From: Pseudomonadota bacterium
GTDB lineage: Bacteria > Pseudomonadota > Alphaproteobacteria > Rickettsiales > UBA1997
Reading direction: 5' to 3'
DNA: 64,000 nt
NCBI GenBank assembly: GCA_040386195.1
Contig: JAZKFV010000021.1
Location: 8,923 to 72,922, forward strand
Shown: one piece after another, positions 51,290-61,506 of the stretch
How positions within the stretch are numbered: the stretch's first letter is position 1
Layout: every line of letters starts with the position of its first letter
Made by a program: the position numbers and the translations under genes
The notes under the pieces: generated by a model
What the model was told of the DNA's origin: nothing
Database searches by the model: none
Seen by the model: only the letters and a program-made list of their open reading frames with translations

Positions 51290-52050
51290 ACAGATATAAA
51301 TTAACTATCGAATATAAAGGAGGAAACTTTATTGGCTGGCAAAAGCAAGCTGATAATCCAAACTCAATTCAAGAAATTATTGAAAAAGCAATCTTTGATT
51401 TAACTGGCGAAAAGGTTGATTTGGTTGGCTCGGGCAGAACTGATGCTGGCGTTCATGCGTTGGCGCAAACGGCGCATTTTGATTTACAAAAACCCACCAA
51501 AGAAAATTTTGCCTTTAAAATGCGCGCCGGATTGAATCATTATTTGCGCCAAAATAATATTACCGCTGATATTGCAATTTTGGATTGCGTGGAAGTTGAT
51601 AAAAATTTTCACAGCCGCTTTGATGGCAAGATGCGCCATTATCAATATCAAATCATTTCTCGTCACCCTCATTTGACTTTGCATCGCGATTTGGCTTGGC
51701 AAATTAGTTATCCTTTGGATATTAACGAAATGCTCAAAGCCGCTCAATATTTACTAGGCAAGCACGATTTTAGCAGCTTTCGAGATTCTGAGTGCCAATC
51801 CAAAAGTGCCATAAAATCGATTGAAAAAATTGAGATTTTTCAGGAAGGAGATTTGGTAAAAATGAATTTTTCCGCCAAATCTTTTTTGCATCATCAAGTT
51901 AGAAATATGGTGGGAACGCTTGTTTTAGTTGGTGGCGGAAGAATGAAAGCTGAAGATGTGAAAATGATTTTAGAAACCCGCGATCGAACAAAATCCGGCT
52001 CAAACGCACCTGCTGGCGGGCTTTATTTTTTGGGAGTTGATTATGAATAA
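51286..52050 (+). CDS. truA: tRNA pseudouridine(38-40) synthase
   Basis: F.GWQ.Q, GSGRTDAGVHA, G.HDFSSFR, SFLHHQVRNMVG, AP..GL; start ATG 51286. Confidence 0.96.
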   Translation: MNRYKLTIEYKGGNFIGWQKQADNPNSIQEIIEKAIFDLTGEKVDLVGSGRTDAGVHALAQTAHFDLQKPTKENFAFKMRAGLNHYLRQNNITADIAILDCVEVDKNFHSRFDGKMRHYQYQIISRHPHLTLHRDLAWQISYPLDINEMLKAAQYLLGKHDFSSFRDSECQSKSAIKSIEKIEIFQEGDLVKMNFSAKSFLHHQVRNMVGTLVLVGGGRMKAEDVKMILETRDRTKSGSNAPAGGLYFLGVDYE

Positions 52051-52053
52051 TTG

Positions 52054-52083
52054 TGTCATCCTGAGCTTAAGCGAAGGATGACA
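52054..52083. repeat. Compact 30-bp copy of the TGTCATCC palindrome overlapping the dsbE 3' end
   Basis: TGTCATCCTGAGCTTAAGCGAAGGATGACA. Confidence 0.8.
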
Positions 52084-52580
52084 TCTCGGTCAATCGCCCC
52101 ACGCCAATAATAAATCACTCGACCTTGCGGATCAATCAGAAAGCTCTCCGGCGTTCCGCTCACTGATAATAATTTAGAAAAAATTCCTTTATTATCAGCG
52201 CCAATTTTTAAATATGGATTACCATTTTTAGCTAAATAATCTTTGGTATTTTCATTAATATCACGCCACGCAACTCCATAGATATTAATTTTATTTGTTC
52301 TCGCCAATTGCATAAGCAAATCATGCTCAGCAACGCAGCTGACACACCACGAGGCAAAAACATTTATTAAAGAATATTTGCCTTGCAAATCTTGATTAGA
52401 AAAATTTTCTGATGAATTGTTGAGTTCAGGCAAAGAAAATTGTGGCACAATAATTTCTTCTCCCGATTCTAATTTAGCAGCAATTGAGCTGCTTTTATTG
52501 TGTTGATAAAGCGCCACTAAACCGGTGGTGATGATGAGAAGAAGAATTAAAAATGGTGAGATTAAAAGTAATCTTTTCAT
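52056..52580 (-). CDS. DsbE/CcmG-family thiol:disulfide interchange protein
   Basis: N-terminal TM, NVFASWCVSC..EH, G.PESFLID. Confidence 0.9.
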   Translation of the reverse strand: MKRLLLISPFLILLLIITTGLVALYQHNKSSSIAAKLESGEEIIVPQFSLPELNNSSENFSNQDLQGKYSLINVFASWCVSCVAEHDLLMQLARTNKINIYGVAWRDINENTKDYLAKNGNPYLKIGADNKGIFSKLLSVSGTPESFLIDPQGRVIYYWRGAIDRDVILRLSSG

Positions 52581-52583
52581 AAA

Positions 52584-53729
52584 TCAAAAAACGGCTCTGA
52601 TAAATCCGGCGACAGTTTCTTTCAAAGCTTCATTTTCAATTAAAAAAGAATCATGTCCGGCACCGCCAACAATTTCTAAGAAGCTCACATCAACTCCTGA
52701 AATTGCTAAGGCTTGAGTTAATTTTTTTGATTCAGCGGTTGGAAAAAGCCAATCATCGGAAAAAGAAATTATACAAAATTTAGCCTTTACATTTTTAAAC
52801 GCATCACTCAAAACGCCGTTATTTTCAGCTTCTAAATCAAAATAATCTAAAGCTTTGGTGATATAGATATAGCAATTCGGATCAAAGCGATTGACAAAGC
52901 TGCTGCCTTGGTGGCGCAAATAGCTTTCAATTTGAAAATCAACATCAAGGTTGAAAGAAAAATTATCTTTATTTTGTAAGTTGCGTCCAAATTTTTTATG
53001 CAAAGCATCTTCGGATAAATAAGTAATATTTGCCGCCATTCTGGCAACTGCCAAACCTTTGCTGGGATATTTTTTTTCCAGCAAATATTTGCCCGCGCAC
53101 CAATCCGGATCCGCCATAATTGCTTGGCGCGCCACTTCGTTAAAGGCAATATTTTGCGTGCTATAACGATAAGAAGTGGCAATTGGCACGATGGCTTTAG
53201 AAGAGTTGGGATAAGAGATTGCCCATTGCAAAGCCTGAAACCCGCCCATTGAGCCGCCCACAATTGCTAATAATTTTTCAATTTTCAAATAATCAATCAA
53301 TAATTTTTGGGCGTTGACAATATCGACAATAGTTATGATTGGAAAATCTAAAGCGTAAGGTTGATTAGTTTTTGGGTTAATTTCTTTGGGCGAAAAAGAG
53401 CCTAAACAACCGCCAATTACATTTGAACAAATTACAAAATATTTATCGGTATCAATTGGCTTACCGCTTCCCACCATAGAATTCCACCAGCCATCTTTGC
53501 CGGTGATTGGATTTTTTGATGCCACATATTGATCGCCAGTTAAAGCGTGGCAAACTAAAATAGCGTTGGATTTATCAGCATTTAATTTGCCATAAGTTTG
53601 ATAAGCTAAATTAAAATTGGAAATTTCTACACCACAAACCAACTTCAAAGGTTTATCCTGCGCCAATAAAGCAATTTCGCCAACTTCAATCTCTTTATAT
53701 TCGGGGCCAAAAATTGATTTTATTTGCAT
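52584..53729 (-). CDS. metX: Homoserine O-acyltransferase
   Basis: CHALTGD, GGSMGG, GLAVAR, DWLFP, GHDSFL. Confidence 0.95.
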   Translation of the reverse strand: MQIKSIFGPEYKEIEVGEIALLAQDKPLKLVCGVEISNFNLAYQTYGKLNADKSNAILVCHALTGDQYVASKNPITGKDGWWNSMVGSGKPIDTDKYFVICSNVIGGCLGSFSPKEINPKTNQPYALDFPIITIVDIVNAQKLLIDYLKIEKLLAIVGGSMGGFQALQWAISYPNSSKAIVPIATSYRYSTQNIAFNEVARQAIMADPDWCAGKYLLEKKYPSKGLAVARMAANITYLSEDALHKKFGRNLQNKDNFSFNLDVDFQIESYLRHQGSSFVNRFDPNCYIYITKALDYFDLEAENNGVLSDAFKNVKAKFCIISFSDDWLFPTAESKKLTQALAISGVDVSFLEIVGGAGHDSFLIENEALKETVAGFIRAVF

Positions 53730-53797
53730 TTTTTTAAATGATTTTTTAAACGACCTAATTTAGATTAGCTGTTCATTAACCAACAACCAAGCAAGCA

Positions 53798-54667
53798 ATG
53801 CCAGAAAGAAAAAAGGAAAGAAAACAGGACAATAACAAAGACAATCAATTATTACAACTGAGGAGTAAAATTGATAATATCGACAACAAGCTGATCGACC
53901 TTTTGAATCAAAGGATGGAAGTGATCAGAGAAGTTGGCGATTATAAAAAAAGTATCAATGAAAACTTTTTTATTAAATCCGCCCGTGAAGCCGATATGAT
54001 TAAGACTTTGCTTAAAAAAGCTGATCCATCAATTCCAAAATCCACCATTGTGAGCATTTGGCGCAAGATCATCACTTCAGCAAATGTGCTTGAGCAAAAG
54101 CTAACAATTGCAGTTCACAATCCTGATAAAATTGTCGATTACCAATATTTAATTCGTGAATATTACGGCGATTTTGTGCCATTAATTTTTCACGACAGCG
54201 CCACTTATATTATTGCTGAGATTGAAAAAAGAGAATGTCAGATTGGCATTTTTGCTTTGCCTGATAAAGGGCAAAATAAAATTGAAAATTGGTGGATCAA
54301 TTTAGCTAACAACCAAAGCGGTATTAAAGTTTTCGCCCGCATTCCGTTAATTGGCAATTCGCCATATCAACTAGTTGCGGTTGCCATCAAACCGCCGGAA
54401 AAATCTGAGGATGATCAAACTCTTTTAACTATTGAAGTTGCCAGTGAGTTTTCCAAATATCAAGTTGACGAAGCTTTGAACGCCACCAAGTTGAAATTTA
54501 AAATTTTACAATCTGCTAAATTAGACCAAATTCAAAATGTTAATTTTTATCTAATTGAAATTGATGGATTTTTTGAAGAACAAAGCCCAGAAATTATCCA
54601 ATTTTCTCATAGTCAAATTAAACCTTTTGTCAAAGTTCTCGGGCATTTTGCCAAGCCAATTATTTAA
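53798..54667 (+). CDS. Chorismate mutase with C-terminal extension (alphaproteobacterial type)
   Basis: LRSKIDNIDNKL.DLL.QR, ARE, IWRKII. Confidence 0.85.
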   Translation: MPERKKERKQDNNKDNQLLQLRSKIDNIDNKLIDLLNQRMEVIREVGDYKKSINENFFIKSAREADMIKTLLKKADPSIPKSTIVSIWRKIITSANVLEQKLTIAVHNPDKIVDYQYLIREYYGDFVPLIFHDSATYIIAEIEKRECQIGIFALPDKGQNKIENWWINLANNQSGIKVFARIPLIGNSPYQLVAVAIKPPEKSEDDQTLLTIEVASEFSKYQVDEALNATKLKFKILQSAKLDQIQNVNFYLIEIDGFFEEQSPEIIQFSHSQIKPFVKVLGHFAKPII

Positions 54668-54673
54668 ATTTCA

Positions 54674-55732
54674 ATGAACAAAAAAACTGCAGTAATTTTA
54701 TTTAATTTAGGCGGCCCCAATAATTTGCAATCGGTTAAAGGTTTTTTATTTAACCTGTTTAATGACAAAGCAATCATTGGCTTGCCGCAACCTTTGCGTT
54801 TTTTATTAGCCAAATTAATTTCCTCACGCAGAGACAAAAAAGCTCAAGCAATTTATGCCCAAATTGGTGGCAAATCGCCAATTTTAGAAACCACTAATGC
54901 CCAAGCTGAGGCTTTGGAAAAAGAACTTTCTTATTTAGGAAATTTTAAAGTTTTTGTGGTGATGCGTTATTGGCATCCATTTTCAAAAGATGTGGTTAAA
55001 AAAGTTAAAGAATATCAAGCTGATGAAATTATTTTTCTGCCGCTTTATCCACAATTTTCAACAACCACAACTGAATCTTCGTTTAAAGATTTTTATCAAA
55101 AACTAGTTCAAGAAAAAATTTCTGCACCAGTAAAATATATTTGCTGCTATCCAACCAACCCACAATTTATATCGTCTCATTGCCGCTTAATTGCTCAGGC
55201 AATTAACAAAACTAGATCTGCTGGTTTTGATAATTTTAGGGTTTTATTTTCCGCGCACGGATTGCCACAAAAAATAATTGCTATGGGCGATCCTTATTGC
55301 GAGCAGGTGAAAGCTAGTGTTGAAGCAATTGTCGATGAAATTGAGGAAGAAAATCTTGATTATAAAATTTGTTATCAATCAAAAGTTGGCCCTTTGGAAT
55401 GGACAAAACCTTCATTAGAATTTGAAATTAACCGCGCCGCTTTGGATCGTAAAGCAATTATCATTGTTCCAATCGCTTTTGTTTCAGATCATTCTGAAAC
55501 TTTGGTGGAGCTGGATATTGAATATAAAGAATTGGCTCACAAATTGAATATTCCTTTTTATTATCGCGTCGCCGCTTTGAATGTGGATGGCTATTTTATT
55601 AAATCTTTATTAGATCTTTGCGCTAGAACTGCCGAGGTTGATTTTAGCTGCAATGGTGGCGATTTTGGCGCAAGAATTTGCCCAAAGAATTTTAAAAAAT
55701 GCATCAACCCAAATCCAACCAATGAAAATTAA
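54674..55732 (+). CDS. hemH: Ferrochelatase
   Basis: LFNLGGP, IGG.SP, MRYWHP, PLYPQFS, FSAHGLP, QSKVGP, FVSDHSETL.ELD. Confidence 0.97.
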   Translation: MNKKTAVILFNLGGPNNLQSVKGFLFNLFNDKAIIGLPQPLRFLLAKLISSRRDKKAQAIYAQIGGKSPILETTNAQAEALEKELSYLGNFKVFVVMRYWHPFSKDVVKKVKEYQADEIIFLPLYPQFSTTTTESSFKDFYQKLVQEKISAPVKYICCYPTNPQFISSHCRLIAQAINKTRSAGFDNFRVLFSAHGLPQKIIAMGDPYCEQVKASVEAIVDEIEEENLDYKICYQSKVGPLEWTKPSLEFEINRAALDRKAIIIVPIAFVSDHSETLVELDIEYKELAHKLNIPFYYRVAALNVDGYFIKSLLDLCARTAEVDFSCNGGDFGARICPKNFKKCINPNPTNEN

Positions 55733-56225
55733 AACTGATATTATTATTGCTGAAAAACTTTGGAAAAAAGATCCGGATATTTCTAAAAAAATTAAATCTT
55801 TAATCAAAATAATCATTCCTCAAACTTCTTTATCTCAGCTCAAAACAGCAATTGAAATTTCAATTCTTTTAACTAACGACGAACAAATTCAAGAGTTAAA
55901 TAAAAATTATCGCCACAAAAATAAACCCACCAATGTTTTGTCTTTTCCACTTTTAGATGGCAAAAAAATTAAGAATGGCAATTTTAGTAAGTTGGATTTA
56001 GGAACGAATTATCTGGCTTTGGGAGATATTGTAATTTCTTATCAAACAGTTTTGAGAGAATCTGAGGAGCAAAATAAAACTTTCATAGATCATTTAACTC
56101 ATCTAATTATTCACAGCCTATTACATTTAATTGGCTTTGATCACAACCAAGAAAAAATGGCAAAAATTATGGAAGATTTGGAAGTGAAAATTTTAAAAAA
56201 TCTTGGAATTAAAAATCCTTATTAG
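55722..56225 (+). CDS. ybeY: rRNA maturation endoribonuclease YbeY
   Basis: LNKNYR.K.KPTNVLSF, LGDIVI, HSLLHLIGFDH; start ATG 55722. Confidence 0.95.
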   Translation: MKIKTDIIIAEKLWKKDPDISKKIKSLIKIIIPQTSLSQLKTAIEISILLTNDEQIQELNKNYRHKNKPTNVLSFPLLDGKKIKNGNFSKLDLGTNYLALGDIVISYQTVLRESEEQNKTFIDHLTHLIIHSLLHLIGFDHNQEKMAKIMEDLEVKILKNLGIKNPY

Positions 56226-57336
56226 CCCAATTTTTGGCGATACTCATACAATCATCGCTGGTTTTTTTGGCAAAATCCGGCAGTTTTTCTTCCATCTTTT
56301 TATTGCATTGATAAATAAAGCGCTCTCTTAATTTTAAAAGTTGAGTTCGGCTATATAATTTTTCCTTTGATTTTTTTTCATCATCGTCATTGCTAACAAT
56401 ATTGCGCCCAATATTTTCGGTAAGCGTTTTGTTGCCTTCTAAATAAAGTAAAGTTGCGTTGTTTTCTTGATTAATTTGAAAACCTTGATCTTTTTTAAGT
56501 GCTAATTTTGACTTCTCAATCTCACTGCTCGATTTATCTTTTGCCAAAGCATAATTATCTGGAAATTGTATAAAAGCTTGTTGCTGACAATAGATTTTAT
56601 CCTGTAATTCTTTTTTGATTTGTAAGGAATGAATAGTTGTTAAACATTGCAAAGATTGATCAGTTGCTGCGGAGCATCTTTTAAAATCGTCACTCTTAAT
56701 ATTTAAACCAACACAATTTGGATATTTCTGCATCATCTGCGCCACCAACAAAGCCTCTTTGCTGCTGCCACGACTATCTGCGGCAATCTTTAAATATTGT
56801 GCGGCACGATCTTCAGGCAAAATTGCCGCTTCAAAAGAGTGAGTTATTTTAGGAGCTGGAGGAATTCTGGCTAAAATTAAATCTTGTCGACAACGATAAT
56901 ATCTATCGTTAGCACTATTGCCAATTTGGTCAATTGCCAAATCGTTATTCATCACCATACATTTATTGTGATCGGATAATTCAATATCATCATCAATTTT
57001 TGCTAAAGCGGAATATTTGGCTCGACTGAGATTTTCTAGAATTTCTTGGCTAATTTTTTCAACTATCGCATTATTCTTAATTGCATCTGGAGTAGTTGCG
57101 TCATTGATTATTCGGGCTTGAACTAAGTTATAACGACAACGCCAATACATTTCGGTGATAATCTCGTCCCAATCACCATAATCCAAACCTTGCGATACGC
57201 ATTTTTGATGATCTTGTCTTTCAATAATTCTTAAAGAAGATTGATAAGTAAAAAGGTAGGATTCAGAGCCGTTGCAGGAGAAAAGAAGTGGCAATAATAA
57301 AAAATATAATATTAGGTTTTTTAATCGATTGATCAC
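56209..57336 (-). CDS. Cysteine-rich lipoprotein of unknown function
   Basis: Lipobox LLFSC; repeated DHxKC...YxRCR..L..ARI modules. Confidence 0.7.
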   Translation of the reverse strand: MINRLKNLILYFLLLPLLFSCNGSESYLFTYQSSLRIIERQDHQKCVSQGLDYGDWDEIITEMYWRCRYNLVQARIINDATTPDAIKNNAIVEKISQEILENLSRAKYSALAKIDDDIELSDHNKCMVMNNDLAIDQIGNSANDRYYRCRQDLILARIPPAPKITHSFEAAILPEDRAAQYLKIAADSRGSSKEALLVAQMMQKYPNCVGLNIKSDDFKRCSAATDQSLQCLTTIHSLQIKKELQDKIYCQQQAFIQFPDNYALAKDKSSSEIEKSKLALKKDQGFQINQENNATLLYLEGNKTLTENIGRNIVSNDDDEKKSKEKLYSRTQLLKLRERFIYQCNKKMEEKLPDFAKKTSDDCMSIAKNWANKDF

Positions 57337-57360
57337 TTGTGTTGAAAAAATTTAAAACCT

Positions 57361-57395
57361 AAAAAATAAAAGTGAGGCGAAATTTATCGCCTCAC
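57361..57395 (-). terminator. Intrinsic terminator after the response regulator gene
   Basis: Minus strand GTGAGGCGA-TAAATT-TCGCCTCAC followed by TTTTATTTTTT. Confidence 0.75.
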
Positions 57396-57402
57396 AAAAA
57401 AT

Positions 57403-57810
57403 TTACAATCCCCAATCTACTGATTTAATTTGAATATATCTACCAATTGCTTGAGCAAACATATGTGGCAAAAATGGTTTAGCAATATAATTGTCGCAAC
57501 CAGATTCAGAAACAATTTGTTTTTTATCTTCATCGCTTGAAAGAGCGGTGACAACTATAACCGGAATGTGTTTTAATTCAGGATCACTTTTTATCGCTTT
57601 ACAAATATCAACACCCGAACCATCTGGTAATTTAATATCTAATATAACTAAATTTGGCTTTTCTTTTTTAGCAATTTCAACCGCATTTTTACCTTCATAA
57701 ACTTGAATTGTATTGTGTCCAAGCTGGTTGATTATCATATCAGCTATTTTTTGATTCAACTGATTATCTTCAATAATCATAACTTTTTTTGGTTCAATTT
57801 GCTCACTCAT
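57403..57810 (-). CDS. Single-domain response regulator, DivK-like
   Basis: MIIEDN.LN, LVILDIKLP.GSG, IPVIVVTA, GCDNYIAKP. Confidence 0.88.
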   Translation of the reverse strand: MSEQIEPKKVMIIEDNQLNQKIADMIINQLGHNTIQVYEGKNAVEIAKKEKPNLVILDIKLPDGSGVDICKAIKSDPELKHIPVIVVTALSSDEDKKQIVSESGCDNYIAKPFLPHMFAQAIGRYIQIKSVDWGL

Positions 57811-57936
57811 AATATTTAATAGTTATTAATAATTTTCATCTTAAAAAAGAATCGCCAAACACTATTATTCGCTATATATGCTGTCAATAAAATCTTAATT
57901 TTCTCTAATGTTTGTTTCAATTTAAAACGATTAACA

Positions 57937-59304
57937 CTACACAACCTCACCAATTAAACTGCTTGGACGCGATTTGATGATTTTAACATTAATCAATTTT
58001 CCCAAATATTTTCCTTCAACATCATCAATAACCACCGATTGTAAATAAGGGCTTTTGCCAATGATTTGTCCTTGAGATTTTTCTTTGGTTTTGCTGGGTT
58101 TTCTATCGAATAAAACTGGAAAAATTCTTCCTTCAAATTGTTGGTTATAAATAATTTGCTGCTCATGCAAAAGATTTTGTAACTCTTGCAATCTCGCATC
58201 TTTAACTTCTTCAGAAATTTGATTTATAGCGTCTGCAGCTGGCGTTCCAGGGCGAGAAGAATATTTGAAGGAATAACATTGTGAAAAACCAACTTGTTTT
58301 ACTAAATCCAAAGTATCTTGAAAATCCTGATCAGTTTCCCCCGGGAAACCAACAATAAAATCAGAAGATAAACCAATATCCGGACGCGCTTTGCGCAATT
58401 TTTCAATCACTTTAAAATAATCTTGGCGCGTATGTTTGCGATTCATCGCTTTTAAAATATTGTTCGAACCAGATTGCACCGGCAAATGCAAAAATGGCAT
58501 CAATTTTTCAACTTCGCCGTGCGCCGCAATCAGCTCGTCATCCATATCGCGCGGATGTGAAGTTGTGTATCTAATTCTTTTAATTTGTGGAATTTCAGCA
58601 ATTTTTTTGATCAGTTTAGCAAGGTTAAAATTCTCACCATTTTCATCAACACCATGATAAGCATTAACATTTTGCCCAAGCAAATAAATTTCTACTGCAC
58701 CTTTATTGGCAAGGTTCACCGCTTCATTATAAACCTGTTCAACCGATCTAGAAAATTCAGCGCCTCTGGTGTAAGGCACCACGCAAAAAGTGCAGAATTT
58801 ATCACAACCTTCTTGAATCGACAAAAAGCTGCTCACTTGGCTCTTCTCTTGGCTTTCTTGCAAAACATCAAATTTATTATTCGGTTTAAAATCCAAATCA
58901 ATTTGGCGCTTTTTATCACGCAAAACTTTTCCAACCAAATCTGGCAAAGTTTGATAACTTTCCGGCCCAACAATAATATCGGTCACCGGCGCTCTTTTAA
59001 AAATTTCTTCACCTTCCGCCTGCCCTACACAACCAGCAACAGCAACGATCATTTGTTTGCCTTGTTTTTGTAATTTGTCTTTATGTTTTTTAATTCGCCC
59101 CAAATCACAATATAATTTTTCCGCCGCTTTCTCACGAATGTGACAAGTGTTAATGATCACCATATCAGCATCGTTAGGCTCGCTAACATTTTGATAACCA
59201 ACTGCCGTCATCAAATCTTGCATACGATCAGAATCGTAGACATTCATTTGGCAGCCATAGGTTTTTATATAAAGTTTTTTCTGATTATTTACGACTTTTT
59301 CCAT
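57937..59304 (-). CDS. miaB: tRNA methylthiotransferase MiaB
   Basis: [19 protein letters not shown], radical [26 protein letters not shown]-like tail. Confidence 0.97.
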   Translation of the reverse strand: MEKVVNNQKKLYIKTYGCQMNVYDSDRMQDLMTAVGYQNVSEPNDADMVIINTCHIREKAAEKLYCDLGRIKKHKDKLQKQGKQMIVAVAGCVGQAEGEEIFKRAPVTDIIVGPESYQTLPDLVGKVLRDKKRQIDLDFKPNNKFDVLQESQEKSQVSSFLSIQEGCDKFCTFCVVPYTRGAEFSRSVEQVYNEAVNLANKGAVEIYLLGQNVNAYHGVDENGENFNLAKLIKKIAEIPQIKRIRYTTSHPRDMDDELIAAHGEVEKLMPFLHLPVQSGSNNILKAMNRKHTRQDYFKVIEKLRKARPDIGLSSDFIVGFPGETDQDFQDTLDLVKQVGFSQCYSFKYSSRPGTPAADAINQISEEVKDARLQELQNLLHEQQIIYNQQFEGRIFPVLFDRKPSKTKEKSQGQIIGKSPYLQSVVIDDVEGKYLGKLINVKIIKSRPSSLIGEVV

Positions 59305-60056
59305 CCAGTTAAGATAATGATTTCAAAGGTTGCGAGGTATTGGTTTTTCTCGCGGCAATATAGTTTTTGATATAAATTTGTCAAATCAAATAAAAAGTTT
59401 TTAGTCATAAATTTTCGGCTCCGATCATTCAAAATATTGGTTTGACCCATATTTTTTAAATCTTCAAAGAGTTTCTTTACATTAGAATATTCAACTTCCA
59501 TACGATGAACTTCAGAAACCACATCAGCAAATCCGGCTTTTTGCAACAACATTCCCGCCATTTTCACATCAATATTAGGAGCAATTCTTGGTGAAATTCC
59601 GTTATAAAATTTTTGTTCAGTTTGTAAAAAAACTTCTTTTAATTCTTTCAAATTCTCTTCACCAAAAAAACTGGCAATGAAAATTCCGTCAGGCTTTAGC
59701 AGCTTTCTAATGGCGATTAAATTTTGGGGAATGTCGTTAATAAAATGCAAATTCAAATTACTGATTATCAAATCAAATGATTGATCTTTAAAGCACAAAT
59801 GTTCGTCATCCATTACCAAATCTGGCTGAAAGCCGATTGCCAAATCAGTTTGAATTAAATTTTTAACATTTATTTTTTTGCCAAGCTCGCCAGATCTTGC
59901 ACCAATCTCTAAGGCATTGGCAAAATTTCTTTTGCAATCCAAAATAGTTTGAGTGATTATTTCTGCAGTCTCTTGATATATAAAATCCGCCTCAAGAAAT
60001 TTATCTGAAACCCGATTGCGATTTTGCTTTAAAAGTTCGCGATTAAAAAGTGCCAC
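59289..60056 (-). CDS. SAM-dependent methyltransferase (BioC/NDUFAF5-like)
   Basis: [22 protein letters not shown]. Start is GTG at 60056 or 60071; divergent from comF as in many alphaproteobacteria. Confidence 0.85.
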   Translation of the reverse strand: MALFNRELLKQNRNRVSDKFLEADFIYQETAEIITQTILDCKRNFANALEIGARSGELGKKINVKNLIQTDLAIGFQPDLVMDDEHLCFKDQSFDLIISNLNLHFINDIPQNLIAIRKLLKPDGIFIASFFGEENLKELKEVFLQTEQKFYNGISPRIAPNIDVKMAGMLLQKAGFADVVSEVHRMEVEYSNVKKLFEDLKNMGQTNILNDRSRKFMTKNFLFDLTNLYQKLYCREKNQYLATFEIIILTGWKKS

Positions 60057-60139
60057 GTATATACCAAACACGGTTAAATACCAAACCTCGTTTGGTATAT
60101 GGGGATCCCCGTAAAACGGGGCGTGGCAAGTGCCACGTA
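60048..60139. repeat. Three-hairpin element bracketed by 12-bp direct repeats (AAGTGCCACGTA)
   Basis: Direct repeats at 60048-60059 and 60128-60139; hairpins at 60078-60098, 60107-60121 and 60122-60137. Confidence 0.8.
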
Positions 60140-60151
60140 AAAAAATAAATT

Positions 60152-60874
60152 ATGATAAAAAAATTAGCCGGAAAATTCCTGAGCATCATTTTCCCCAAGA
60201 GCTGCCTAATCTGCAACAAAATAATTTCTGGCGGAAGCTTTTGTGTGGAAGATTGGAATAAACTACATTTCTTACAAAATCCCGCTTGCAATATCTGCTT
60301 TTGGCCTTTTGAATTCAAGGTTGATGACGAAATGATTTGCGGCAAATGTTTGCAAAAACGCCCTGAATATTTTAAAGCTTTAGCAGTTTTAAATTATGAC
60401 GAAACTAGCCGAACTTTAATCACCAAATTTAAATATTTCGATCAAACTAATTTGGCAAAATATTTTTCTGAATTGATGTTTAAACAAGCTGAGGAAATTC
60501 TTCCCGATATTGATTTTATTGCCCCAATCCCACTTCATAAATTTAGAATCATTAAAAGAAAATATAACCAATCCGCTCTTTTAGCCAAAAATATTGCCGC
60601 TTTGAGTAATAAAAAAGTGCTCTTAGATTTATTAATCCGAACCAAAAATAACAAGCCTCAAGCTTTACTGAGCCAAAAAGCGAGAAAGAAAAATGTAGCA
60701 GGAATTTTTAAAGTGAAAGAAAAATATTATGAAGAAATTTTGGGAAAAAATATTTTATTAATTGATGATGTGATCACCACCGGAGCAACTATTGAGAGCT
60801 GCTGCAAGGTTTTAAAAAAAGCTGGGGCTAAAAAGATTTATGTTCTGACTTTAGCTAAAACAACAATAAACTAA
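60152..60874 (+). CDS. comF: ComF family protein
   Basis: Zn-ribbon CxxC motifs, PIPLH, YNQS, PRTase motif LLIDDVITTGAT. Confidence 0.93.
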   Translation: MIKKLAGKFLSIIFPKSCLICNKIISGGSFCVEDWNKLHFLQNPACNICFWPFEFKVDDEMICGKCLQKRPEYFKALAVLNYDETSRTLITKFKYFDQTNLAKYFSELMFKQAEEILPDIDFIAPIPLHKFRIIKRKYNQSALLAKNIAALSNKKVLLDLLIRTKNNKPQALLSQKARKKNVAGIFKVKEKYYEEILGKNILLIDDVITTGATIESCCKVLKKAGAKKIYVLTLAKTTIN

Positions 60875-60891
60875 GCTCTGCAATCCAGAAA

Positions 60892-61503
60892 TTATTTTTC
60901 TACTACAATCGTTTTACAAATCAGATCCGCAGCAGTGGTTTTTTTCTTGGTTACCATATGAATTTGTAGCCAAGCTAGCGTTATTAAACCAAAAATTAAA
61001 TTGAATGTATTTTCAGTTATAGCCTTATAAATATTGATTCCGTGCATCATTTGATAGGTGAAGATATAAAAAACAAAAAACCATGGAACGATGGATAAAA
61101 AATAATGAAAAGCACTTTCTAGAAAAGTTAATTTTGTTCCATCATTTTTAACGATAACAATTTTCATTAACTTTTTTCCAACTCCACCACGCCATTTTGA
61201 GCAATTCATCAGAACATAATAAAGAGCGCCGGACATAAAAACGATAAAGCAAAACAACAAGGCTGATTTAAAAACTGTATGCTGCATTAGAAATTGAATT
61301 TTTTCTGGATCCTTACCAATAAAGTCGCTATCAAATTTAGCTTTAAAATCATTCCAAAAATTAATTATCTGTTGATTCATCCACAAAGCCGATAAAACCA
61401 TAACAACTGCCATTCTGATGATATTGGCAATTAAAATATCAATAGCCGCGGCAAAGCTTCTTTTCAGGCTGCCAACATATTTTAGTTCTTGATTTGATTG
61501 CAT
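60892..61503 (-). CDS. RDD family membrane protein
   Basis: KRSFAAAID, GKKLMKI.IV, D.I..T.V. Confidence 0.85.
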   Translation of the reverse strand: MQSNQELKYVGSLKRSFAAAIDILIANIIRMAVVMVLSALWMNQQIINFWNDFKAKFDSDFIGKDPEKIQFLMQHTVFKSALLFCFIVFMSGALYYVLMNCSKWRGGVGKKLMKIVIVKNDGTKLTFLESAFHYFLSIVPWFFVFYIFTYQMMHGINIYKAITENTFNLIFGLITLAWLQIHMVTKKKTTAADLICKTIVVEK

Positions 61504-61506
61504 AAA

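Noticed and set aside
6045-53797. Riboswitches before gcvT (glycine), queF (preQ1), mntP (yybP-ykoY) and metX (SAM)
   Set aside because: The leaders are very short or AT-rich and lack the conserved motifs.
57811-57936. CtrA boxes upstream of the DivK-like gene
   Set aside because: The TTAA pairs I checked have 5-6 nt spacing rather than 7, and are expected by chance in AT-rich DNA.
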